Assembly: GCA_030704615.1 (NCBI GenBank)
Contig: CM060733.1
Coordinates: 49,786,001 to 49,850,000, forward strand
Length of the DNA stretch: 64,000 nt
Reading direction: 5' to 3'
DNA from: Takakia lepidozioides
Lineage: Eukaryota > Plantae > Bryophyta
Part shown: positions 1 through 11,418 of the stretch, piece by piece
Layout: every line of letters starts with the position of its first letter
Numbering within the stretch: the stretch's first letter is position 1
Program-made: the position numbers and the translations under genes
The notes under the pieces: generated by a model
The model's database searches: none
Told to the model about the DNA's origin: nothing
Seen by the model: only the letters and a program-made list of their open reading frames with translations

Positions 1-184
1 CTGTGGTCATGGTGGAGGTGCCTGACTTTATCAACTGTGTCGCTTCTGCTGCTTCCAATTGACAATCCGCCAATGCAGGTTTCTTGTTGCTAACAATCCA
101 CAGGGAATCATAGGTACTCTTGCGCTTGAAATCGGGTCCTCTCGTATGAATCTGGACCCTAAGATGTGGCCATTTCAATCTCAT
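1..184 (-). CDS. 5' end of a PLS-class PPR gene (continues off the left edge)
   Basis: Minus-strand frame from ATG at 184 reads MRLKWPHLRVQIHTRGPDFKRKSTYDSLWIVSNKKPALADCQLEAAEATQLIKSGTSTMTT. It aligns with the N-terminal leaders of the two other PPR genes here (GPDFRHKSTHEGLRIDSYKKP...GQLKAAAAKLCKSGTPTRTT; QLLESGTSTMTT). Confidence 0.7.
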   Translation of the reverse strand, partial: MRLKWPHLRVQIHTRGPDFKRKSTYDSLWIVSNKKPALADCQLEAAEATQLIKSGTSTMTT

Positions 185-790
185 GCTTGTTAGAGAGGAA
201 TCCCTAATAAGCAGAATACATACAGAACTCGATTAATCTCAAAGAGCTTTACAGGGCAAGAGTATGTACGTATGTACATACCGAATTGCAGTCCGAAGAT
301 GCAGGGATGCAGGAAACAATTCTGATCGCCATGACTGTTAGGGGAAATAAAATAACAGATATCGTTCATTTTTCTAGGCCGAAATGGATTCATACTCGAT
401 GAAACATGGAGTGTAAAACCAGATTGGCCTCTCGAGTGTGGATTTCTTAAGTGTTCCAGCAAACCAGCATGTCAAGGGTCTAGAAAAAGAAGACAGGATA
501 CCCGCCCCTCCTGCCTACTATAACCCGCCAAATCATTTGGTAAGCTCTACTCTTGTATATCGTCAACTCTCACAACAAAATCACTTGAACACAAAAGACA
601 TGCTAGGCTGCATACCTGCAGTGAGCATCAAGGATTTGACTACGTTAAGTGGATGGCAATCCCCAATCGGGGGAAGATTGGGCACAGGATGGCCAAGAAG
701 ATTTTGCTGAGCTCATAAACCAGATATTGTAATATGTGAGGCAAGGGATTCTGTGCTACACATCCCTAGCTTGGCGGAGAGATCCTGGCC

Positions 791-3025
791 ATGGCGAACA
801 GTGACGGAGGGATACAGAAACATCGAGTGGCGGTGGTGGGGGGAGGATTGGCAGGATTGGCTGCGGCCCGCATGCTGTCATTACACGCGGACTTTAGTGA
901 TGTGGTGGTGCTTGAAGCTGCTCCAACTCTGGGTGGACGCATCAAACATATCACTGGCCTGGTTCCTTGGCCTGTTGAGGTAATCATCTCTTTCAAACCC
1001 CTCTCCTAGTTAGAACTTGGGATACAGCAATCATGGGCAATGAACTAAAATTGCAACCCTACCTGGTTCCAACGTCACTGGTTACAGTAAATCTATCCAA
1101 AGAACTTGCAGTGCATGTCTTTTCTTTTCGGAAGATGGCTTTAAAGAAGCTGGAGCATCCAGTGAATCCAGAAGGTGATTCATAGTGAAGGTCTCGTGCA
1201 ATATTAGATCCAGTTTAATGGCAGTTAGATGGGCAATTAGATGGAAGACAAATATCTGAAAAAAAACTGGCCTGCAGGTTGGGCCGGAATTTCTTCATGG
1301 AAAGAAAAATTCCTCAGTGAAGCTGCTTGCTGATGAGATGGGTTGCCAACTGCGTGAGCTCCCCTATCATATCCTCCTTCCATGGCCCACATTCTCATTG
1401 AGTAGCAATTATACTTCATGTTACAAGCTTCACCCTGATACTAGTGGTTTGAGAAGACAGGTAAGAGAGGGGAAATGTTCATGAAGAATCAGATCTGTCT
1501 TTAGGTAGACTCTCAGTGCTGAAGGTTGCAAGGGCAAAAATTGGAAGGACAGGCTGCAGAGCTGCTTCAGTTTATGGCCAGAGAAAAGAAGAAAGTTATG
1601 TGACAGAGACAGTTGTATTCAGTGATTGCACCCTGTCAACATTCCCTGACTTGAGTGTAGGACATGGAACCCATGCTGCTGCTACCATTGGGGTCGGTTT
1701 CGGCAGCAAACCTTTCAATTGCTGTTGAGAGACTAGCAAGCGTGCTGGTTGTACTCTGACCTGGGGATACTATTACCAGAAATTCTAACGCTAGCAAAGG
1801 GGGATTGTGTTTCTCATTCACCAAAGTATGTGACTCAGCACAAAATTCCTAAACTGCTTGTGCATGGTTGGCAACAATCGGGTCACAGTAATTGAGTGTT
1901 GATTTTTGGGGTGGCATTGACTGACACTATGCATATCACCACTCTATAGTAGGAAACTACATTCCACAAATGTGATACTGGCCGTGATTGCACTTGCAGT
2001 CACTCTATCTGCAAAAGGAGAGAGAATCATGTCGATCCTACCAAATTTCTCCTCAGCTTCGTCATGCAGAGAGACCTGCACCTTCACTTGTTCGTTGTGA
2101 AGATCAACCTGTAATGACTAGTAAACTCGTAAGTCATAAATTTATCCCAGCTGTTTGTAGCTGTTGATATGTGAGAGGTTTAGTAGATAGAGTTCATTCA
2201 TAGGAAGTTGGGGGCAACGGCTTATGGAAAGCATAATCTTTGACCAGGACCTTACCAGACTGCTACTATCTTGGTCATGAGGGCCGAATGCTCAGCAGTA
2301 GTGAGGCCAATGAACACCCCGATATCATGCGTGTCCATGAGATTTTCCTAGGCATTGCTGAAGAGGATTCTCAGGGCCCCGATATTTCCATGGCTGAATA
2401 CCTGCAGCAGAAAGGGGCCAACCAGACAGTCTTTCAACTTGCTCAATGTGAGTCTCTGTCTGCTTCCCTCACTTTCATCCACCCCTCCCCCACCACCACC
2501 CCCTTTGGAATGCCACTTTTGGCTTGTTGTTTGCCTTCTCTTTTTTTCCTTGCTGAATGTCACACACTTGAAACTTTTGGTCCATTTCGAAACCCTCCCC
2601 AACTCTGTCTATTTCTTCACTCATTCACTTTCTTATAGTGTATAAATCAAAACATATATTTGCAACCTACTGCAGGGGGAGGCTCTCATGCAGCTGTATC
2701 CTTGCATCATATTGATAGACCTGTACAGCACAGAGCACTACAATTGTACTAGGAAGTTGTAGCGTACCCAGGGTTCACCAGCCACATAGAGATTCAGGTG
2801 CTCAAGAGTAGTTGCTTTTATTTTTTTCAGCTGAATGTGTTGCAAGGATTGAAGTTTCTGTGGGAGGGGGCAGCCATATATGCGAATGATTTCGGGTGTT
2901 CACTGGCACAACTTGGCGTGCGAGAGTGCATCCAAGAGGCACATCACTGGATTTATGGAGATACCTACCTCATCCTTGATCGACCTATTTCTTCCATTAT
3001 TGACCACCTTTCGCAAGGCCTAAAT

Positions 3026-3061
<36 letters not shown>

Positions 3062-5324
3062 ATACTTATTATGGCCACAAGGCCATAAGGCTACGGCAAA
3101 CAACGGCTAATGAGTACATTCTCTAATGAGTACATTCTCCCTTCTACGAAGCCTGTTGCCATTGGGTGGACTTGATATTGGAGTAGATAAGGTCTCTGTG
3201 ACTAAATGCCGGCCTTGTGACCTCGTGTCTTTGTTTGTTTTGACCTGAAGCACTCTGCTTCGGGTAAGGTAGTACATTGGATTTAGTTGAAGAGTTTGGG
3301 GTCTCTCCCTCTTTAGAATTTGTCTACGCGGGCCATTCCCTGCAGCTCCTTTGGAGTGGTGATCTCTGAATGGTAACAAGTGGACCCCTACCACTTGGGG
3401 ACAGCCCCTCCGCCCAAAATGGGCAGTTGCATGCTCTGTCTAGCATGCTCAGCACTTGGGCTAGGGTTGGTCCTCGTGCTTAAACCTGTAGCCTGCGAAA
3501 ACTATCAATTCCATATGCCATGCTGACAACATCACGCCTCTGGATGATTCCTGGGAAATGGTTACTTATGCCAAATCTAGGACTTCATGTGTAGTTTTTT
3601 GGGTGAATCCCAGGATGGACAATGTGTCCTTTAAAACTACCTACTCCAGCTTAGGCTTGGATTCATCTCGAGACTTGATAACAGAGGTACTCTGAAGGTT
3701 TCAATGTCTAAAAATGCTAGCCTCACATAAAGTCAAAGATGTTTGTCCCTTGACTGGCTGGAGAGCAGTCTAGACATTGGTGATTCAATTAGATGCTCTA
3801 GGAAGACAGCCAAGGTGGGGACTTTAACATACCTGCAGCTGAGCTGTGAGGATAAGCTCCACCCTGAAGTTTGAACCCCACAGGAGGTTAGCTTACTGCG
3901 GGCTCAGTGGCCGTAAGTCTGTGGCAAGTGAACGTTTGGAGGGAACGGCTTACTACATCCTCTCTCTCTCTCTCTCTGGGGGTTATTGTCCCTGCACCTC
4001 TGTTCACCAATTTTCAAAATCTTGAGGCTGAGCCTAAAGCCCTGGCCCTGTGGGGGTCTAATTGCTGGGCAGCTCACACACAGCAAGTTGATGCTTGTGT
4101 GAAGGGCTTTCCAGAGGATATCTGGAAAACTTGAACTAATTGTCTCTATCAAGGTAGGTCACACTACTGGAGTGAGCCCCTCACAAAGGTAGTATCCGTT
4201 CCCTATTGTTCCACCCAAACTGGGCACGGGATCTATGGCCACAAGGCTACAGCAAACAATATCTTATGCGTACATTCTCTCTGGGGTATTCTCATCAGAG
4301 AGCAATTCTCCAGGACCTTCAAGAACATAGTCCCTGCACCTCTGTTCACCAACCTCCAAATTTATGAGGCTGAGCCTAAAAAGTCTTGGCCCTCTTGGGA
4401 TCTAATTGCTGAGCAGCTCACACCACTACTGTGAGTGAGCCCCTCACAAGGGTAGTGTCTGTCCCTCTTATGCCGCCAAACTGGGCACAGTGTCTATGGC
4501 CACAAGGCTACGGCAAACAACATCTCAAAGAACTCCGTCACCATAAATTGGACAGTCATTTGTCTTCCAAGGTAGTAAGGTTACCAAGGAGCTGAAACCT
4601 ATTCGCATGTTAAGAGCTGCAAGAAGGATACTGGTCCATGGTTCATGGACTAATCATGGGTAGGCCAACCTGGCCCTATTGATTGCTAAAGACCATGGAG
4701 GTGTAAGGTATATCTGGGCATAGTAAGTGCCCTCTTCAAGGTTCAATTACTCTATTCACAGATCTCGTGTGGCTTGAAGTAGATGACGCATTCCAAGAAG
4801 GTGGAAGGTGCTTCAGGCATCATGGTGGTTCGCTGATTGTTTTAGAGTGATGGAGCAATCTTTTTTTGACATTTGCACTTGTTGGGCAGGTGCAGCTGAA
4901 TTGGCCAGTGGAACAGATAGAATATTCAGTAAATGGAGGTGTAAGATTGAAAAGCCAGAATGGACTCATTGTTAGGGCAGACTACGTGATTTTAACAGTG
5001 CCTGTGGTAAATACTGTCTTTTCAACTTGCTGTGTGTGATGGCTTTAGAACCTCCTGAGGGTAGAGGCTTTGCATCCTTTGTTGGGTCAACATGTCCTGC
5101 ATTTTGTGTTCTTCTATGTGGCCAGTTGAGTTGCATTTGATCATTAACTTGGAATCCAAAGACGTGTTTTTTCCTGGTTTCATGATGTGTATGTGGGGAT
5201 GTGGTGGCATGGCAGACAATGATGCAACAAGGTGTGGTTGAGTTTCAACCCCCCCTCCCTCCAAGCAAGCTCAAAGCTGCCAATGCAATTGGCATGTCCA
5301 CAGTTCTTAAGGTTTCTTAACACA

Positions 5325-5356
<32 letters not shown>

Positions 5357-8300
5357 CTGTGACTAAATGCTGGCCTTGTGACCTCGTGTCCTTGTTTGTT
5401 TCGACCTGAAGCGCTTTGCTTCAGGTAAGGTAGTGCATTGGATTTAGTTGGAAAGTTTGGGGCCTTTCCCTCTTTAGAATATGCCTACACGGGCCATTCC
5501 CTGCAACTCCCTGGAGTGTGATCTCTGAATGGTAACAAGCGGACTCCTACCGCTTGGGGGCAGCCCCTCCGCCCAAATTGGGCAGTCGTATACTCTGTCT
5601 AGCATACTCGGCACTTGGGCTCGGGTTGGTTCCTGTGCTTAAACTTATGGCCTGCGAAAACAATCAAAAATTTAGCTCCTATCAACATCAACACTCCTCA
5701 GGGTGATCCCTGGGAATTGGTTACTTATGCCAAATCTAGGGCTTCATGTGTAGTTTTTGGGGTGAATCCCAGGATGGACGATGTGTCCTTTAAAACTACA
5801 TGCTCTAGCTTAGGCTTGGATTTCATGGCTAATGGTACCATCTCGAGACTTGATAACAGGGGTACGTTGAAGGTTGCAATGACCAAAAGTGCTTCTAATA
5901 GAGTCCCGCATCAATTCAATCTCAAAGAAGTTCGTCCCTTGACTGGCTGGAGAGCGGTCTTAGACATTGGTGATTCAATGGGGCGCTCTAGGAAGACAAC
6001 CAAGGGCAACAACTTCAACTTGAGAGTTTCTAATCGGTTTGATGCTCTGGATGAGGTTGAATCCAAACAGCCAGAAGGACAAGATGCCCCTAAGTGTACG
6101 GAACCTGAACGTCCTGAATCTGAAGGATTTGGTACTCTGAATGGTTTACCAATCCTCAAGGTTTACACAAGACGAACAAATTCTATACACGGGGTAATTG
6201 TCCCCAAGCCGTCAGATGGACAATCTGTCCCTAAGTGTGCAGAGCCTGAACGTTGTGTAACTAAGGATTTGGTACTCTAAATGGTTTACCAATCCTCAAA
6301 GTCTACACAAGACGAGCAAAATCTATACACGGGGTAATTGTCCCCAAGCAGTCTGACGGACAATCTGCCCCTATGTGTGTGGAGCCTGTGCGTCGTGTAA
6401 CTGAAAGATTTGGTACCCTGAATGGTTTACCAATTCTCAAAGTTTACACAAGACGAGCAAAATCTACACATGGGGTAACTGTCCCCCCTTTGCAGAACGG
6501 TTGGCCGTCCAGGAGCAATCACAAGCTACCTAGACGACAAACAATTCACTCGCAAAGGGCTGGCTTGCGGCTGGCCACTTTCAACTTCTCAGGGTTGACC
6601 AACCAAAGGAAACAACTTGAAGTGGGACAAGTTCTTCGGACTAATGATATTCATATCTGTGCTGGGCAAGAAACATGGGAAACGTCGGATAAACTGGTTG
6701 GAGATGTCATTGGTTATAAATGGGCAGGTAAGATGTGTACTCTCAAGGCAGCCTCTGCCAAACGCGGTCAAAAAGGGGTCGGATTCTTTGTCCGTGATTT
6801 CTTGTTTGACAATTGTGAAATTATCAACAAGGGTTTGAGGTACGAGCATAGTATCTGGCTAAAACTGAATTTGAAGGGCAGCATGAGTACAAAGGACCTC
6901 GTTGTTGGTGCTGACGCAGACAAGGCCTTCGAAGATGTAAAGCTGGACTGTGCTTCGTTCCTTGCCAAAGGTCAGGTGGTACTATTGGGGGACTTCAATG
7001 CCCGGGTGGGCAAAGGGATCCATCAGGATGATATCATTGGACCTTTTGGTGAGGACAAGCTGAATTCTAATGGCAGACGGTTAATTAACTGTCTAGAAGA
7101 GCTTCAGCTTTTGACCTTGAATAACAGGACAAGAGGTGACCAAGTGCAGTGGACTCATGAGAAACCCCAAACTGGGGAACGTTCCATTGTGGACTATATC
7201 ATAATGGACAAAATTTTGTTCCCCCAGTGTGCCAATGTGTTGATCGACAGAACTGATATTGGTACCTCTGACCACTTCCTGGTTTGGACTGAGATCAAAA
7301 GGTGTTTTCCCACCACCAAGAGATCTGTGAAACGTTCGATTCGGAAGTGGCGCATAGAAAAATTCCACAATGAGGAGGTCAAGGCTGAGTACGTCCAGGC
7401 CTTGCAAGAGGCTCTCCCTCATTTTGTCCAATCGCTCCAAGAACTTCAGTCACGCTCTGTTAACGCAAGAAATGAAGTCGAAAGAGCAGTGGACTCTTGG
7501 GAGAGTTTCGTTTCCTCCGTGGCTGACAAGATCATTGGGAGGAAACTAATTGTCTGCAGTAGAGCAGTTAATTGGTGGACTAATGAGATTAAACTCAAGA
7601 TAGCTGAGAGACGAGCCCTCTATAAAGAGTGCTGCAATTTGGAAACCAACAGACAATTGTGGGCGAGGTACTACCAGCTCCGTAAAGATATCAATCAGCT
7701 TGTTAGGTCTCAGAAGAAATTATACTGGGACAAGTTATACAGTGAAATAAACTCAAACCACCATGGTGGTAATGACAAGAAATTCTGGTTGGCCCTTCAA
7801 CGTTTGTACAAGCCGAAAAACGGTCAGCAAGTACAAGCGCTGAAGACTACTAAAGGTGCAGTGGTGACTTCATCGGTTGACATTGTCAAAACCTTTGACA
7901 CTCACTACAGTATCCTTGGCAGAACTTCTAGGTCTAACAGTGAGGGGTCTTCTGCTGAATGGAGGGACACAGTTGGAAGAACTGTTCCTATGATTCAAAA
8001 CAGCCCTGATGAACTGGAGTATATTTCAATGGCTTATAATGCTCCCATTAGTTCTTCTGAGATTGTGGAAGCAATTGAACATTTAAATGGATATAAAGCT
8101 GGTGGACCTGATGGTATTGTCAACGAGCTTATCAAGCACGGTGGCGATCCCATGATAGAGGCCCTAGTTCTCCTCTTTAACCTTATCTGGAAGACTGAAA
8201 TGATCCCCTTTCGCTGGCGACAGGGGGTCATTGTCAATCTATACAAGAAGGGTGACAGAGAAGAACCGGGGAACTACCGTGGCATCACGCTCCTCAATGC

Positions 8301-11300
8301 TGTTGGCAAGACATTCTGCAGAGTTATAAGTACTCGTCTCGAGGTTGATCTGGAGTCTAGAGGTTGTTTCACGAAGGCCAAGCTGGCTTTCGGCGAAACA
8401 GGGGCTGTGTGGATCATATCTTCACTCTAAGCCAGATTATCCAGGGAAGGAAAAAAGAAGGGAAACCCACTTAGGTCTTTTTCCTGGATGTCAAAAAGGC
8501 TTATGACACAGTGTGGAGAGATGGCCTATGGTTCCGCCTCTGGTCTTGTGGGATCAAGGGAAAGATGTGGAGAGTTGTCCACAACTTGTATGCTCACACC
8601 AAAAGCTGTGTGACTGTTAACGGACAGAAGTGCAACTTCTTTGACATAGACCAAGGTGTAGCTCAAGGATGTACTCTCTCCCCTCTGCTCTTCAATGTTT
8701 TCATCAATCAACTCCTCGAGGATGTGGAAAGTGAGGGATTTGGGTTAAGGGTGGGTGATACCACCATACCAGCCCTTATGTTTGCGGATGACTTCGCAGG
8801 CATAGGGGAGACTCCAACCAATCTCCAGGAGTTGATTGATTGCGCGAAGAGATACTTTGATCTTTGGGGGCTAGAGGCTAATGTCAGCAAATGTGCAGTG
8901 GTAGCATTCAACGACAGAGGAGAGGGAGGAAGTGATCTTAAGTGGCAGTGGGGTAGCCAAGAGATCCCGGTCCTCCCTTCCTACACTTACCTGGGCGTTG
9001 AGTTCTCCTCCAATTGTAATTGGGATGCACATATCCGGAAAGTTGTTCAAACTGGCAAGGGCAAAGCTCTGGGGCTCGCTAAATTTTTCCACTGCAGAGG
9101 GGTCAACTCTGAGGTTAAGAAAACCATGCTTTGTCGCGTTATTAGACCTGCCTTGGAGTACGGATCTGCTATATGGGTTGATAACTCCAACCAGGCTAAG
9201 TCTCTAGAATCCATTCAAGTGGGGGTGCTTAAGGAGTGTATGTCAGCATGCTCCAAAACAGCCAATGTGGCTGTTCGGGGTGAGTTTGGCATTCCGTCCT
9301 TAAGCTCCCGACGAGATGAATTCAAGGTCAGATGGTGGGGTCAGCTGCAACATATGCCCAACACCAGATATCCTAAGTTAATCGACTCTATATCTTGGAA
9401 ACAGGACCGCCCTGTCAAACAGGCTAAGTCCTGGCAGAAGAGAGTAGAAGAGATCTTCAAGGACCTGGACCTGGATCCGCAAGTCTTGACCCTGCTGGAT
9501 AAATCTGACTTAGAGGCTGTAGTGTCCTCAGCCATGTCTGTTGCCATGAGATTGTCTGATGAAAATGAAGTTAGGCAGAAAACTTCCCTGAACTTGTTTC
9601 CAGTCTGTGACATGGGGGAGGACATCTTGGATGACCTCAAGGGTCTACCCACTCTCGGCACTAGACTGAAATTTAAACTCAGGGCAGGAAGCCTACCTTT
9701 GAACAGCAAACAGAAGCAGAGGGGAAAGGGAGAGTGCGATTGCCCGTTGTGTGGGCAATCTGAAGACAGTATTCATTTTCTGATACACTGTCCGGGGTTC
9801 TCTCACCAAAGAGACGCTCTCTTCAAATCTATTAAGGGAATTGTGCCTGTACCCCTGTTTACCAACTTTGAAAGTCTCGAGGCTGAGCCAAAAGCCCAGG
9901 CCCTCCTGAGGCCTAGTTTTTGGGCAAATCACACACAGCAGATTGATGCTTGTGTGAAGGGATTTCTAGAGGATATCTGGAAAACCTGGATTAACTCTTT
10001 ATATGGAGGTAAGTCTTACTACCAACATCAGCCCCTGACAGAGGTAGGTTCTGTCCCTTTTGTTCCCGCTCAAACTGGGCGCGGGGTCAATGGCCACAAG
10101 GCTACGGCAAACAACGTCTTATGAGTCCAATCTCCCTCTCTCCCTGCCCTCTAGGAGGAGAAAATTGTACGCATGCAAAAGCAAGCTTGAATAATGCTGT
10201 TTTCGTCTTGTAGGGCTACCAGTTTCTAATTGGAAGGTGGACACGTCCTAATGGCAGTAACAGGGTAATGTGATTGCCATAGCATTCGCCCAAGGACTCG
10301 AAACCCTCCTTCAGGTTGGCTGCAATGGGTGACATCCAATAAACACCCATGTGGCATTGAAACCATGACCACTTGCAAGGCTGCAATGTGTCCTGACCAC
10401 TGACCATTTGTTGGAATTTTTACCTCAAAGAATAGAATATCTGATGAACTTTCTTTCTTTCTTTAATACTCCCCACTCAAAGCTACATACATATACAAGG
10501 TAAAAGGTAAAGTTCTTGCAGTATTGGTTGGAAAGAGGCGTTTCCATATTGAGATTTTCTCACAAGTCTAATTACAAGGCTGCGACATAAGGGATATTTC
10601 TCTTCTTTTATGGTCCATACACATTCAAGGTACTAAAGGTGTATTGATATGTGAGATAAGTGAAGAGGTTCTCGGGGCTGAAGTGCATGATCAAGAGGCA
10701 TAATCAAAAAGTTTGTATTATGTATTGTTTGTGGCAGGTGCTGCTGGCCTTCTCACAATGCTTTTGGCCTCAGGATCTTTTTGACGTGGTTTGCTCTGAT
10801 TGTTTCCTGCCTGAAATATGGATGACCCGGTATCCTCCGTCGCAGACACAAGTCAACCAGACACCACCCTTGGGCAAATTTGTCATCGCGGCATTCATTG
10901 CTGGGCAAGCTGCTGTTGCCATGTCGAAGCTGACAGAGGAGGAGATTTTTCGGCGAGCCCTGTCTCAGCTGGATGGGATGTTTGGGAAAGCCAATCCACC
11001 TACAGTGACGGATGCTGAATGCCAAAAACCTGACAGTGAGTATGCTGAAAGCATAGCCAGAGAAAGCTTGCTAGATAAGGTTTCCATTTCAGTGGGGATG
11101 CCACACAGGTTCTTCATCAGGAGTGACTTTTCAAAGGTGGATACAGACCCTCAGAATGGTGCATCACATCCAGCATCTGTCTACTTTCAAGGAGGTTGCA
11201 TATTCAGTTGGGCAAACGAAATGTATGTGAGAGGGGGTTACACACATCCTTCTATTAAAGCAGATGGTGCTAGGAGTACACTTGCTGAGCCCCTTGCTGG

Positions 11301-11418
11301 AAGACTGTTTTTTGCAGGGGAGGCGACACATCCAGGTGTGAACCCATGCATGCAAGCAGCCCTGGACACAGGTCGGCGGGCTGCAGTGGAGATACTATGT
11401 CAAGCAAAAACACAGTAG
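791..11418 (+). CDS. Flavin-containing amine oxidase (polyamine/monoamine oxidase family), 7 exons: 791-979, 1278-1368, 2256-2447, 2874-3025, 4890-5006, 5216-5311, 10738-11418
   Basis: FAD-binding VAVVGGGLAGLAAA...VLEAAPTLGGRI; VGPEFLHG; ADYVILTVP; EFQPPLPPSK; SWANEMYVRGGYT; RLFFAGEAT. Exon phases are consistent across GT-AG introns plus one AT-AC intron. Confidence 0.9.
1369..2255 (+). other. U12-type (minor spliceosome) AT-AC intron
   Basis: 5' end ATATCCTCC; branch-like TCTTTGAC about 12 nt before the terminal AC. Splicing gives in-frame RELPY-P-DCYYLG. Confidence 0.85.
3027..3060 (+). repeat. (CT)n microsatellite directly after a splice donor
   Basis: Pure CT run. Similar runs at about 3961-3977, 5325-5358, 20026-20040 (GA) and 29985-30002 (GA). 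Confidence 0.95.
3070..4530 (+). mobile_element. Cluster of degenerate fragments of the LINE at 5346-10140: 3' tail 3070-3140, 5' part ~3192-3830, 3' parts ~3978-4282 and ~4300-4527
   Basis: Direct similarity to 5355-6020 and 9830-10130 (ctctgtgactaaatg..., ggccacaaggctacggcaaacaac, atgagtacattctct). Confidence 0.9.
5346..10140 (+). mobile_element. Near full-length non-LTR retrotransposon (APE endonuclease-RT-CCHC), RTE-X-like, inside intron 6 of the amine oxidase
   Basis: EN motifs LATFN, GQETW, GDFNA, VDYI, SDH; RT motifs KAYDTVWRDGLW, QGCTLSPLLF, FADD, YLG; C-terminal CPLC..H...C. Lesions: 1-bp deletion ~6262, frameshift ~8367, TAG at 8472-8474. CT-rich on both flanks. Confidence 0.92.
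6075..6490 (+). repeat. ~141-bp (47-aa) tandem repeat x3 within the LINE
   Basis: tttggtac(t/c)ctgaatggtttaccaat recurs at ~6128, ~6268 and ~6409, encoding FGTLNGLPILKVYTRR... Confidence 0.9.

Noticed and set aside
6075-6490. CRISPR-like array
   Set aside because: Contiguous coding tandem repeats without unique spacers, in a eukaryotic LINE.
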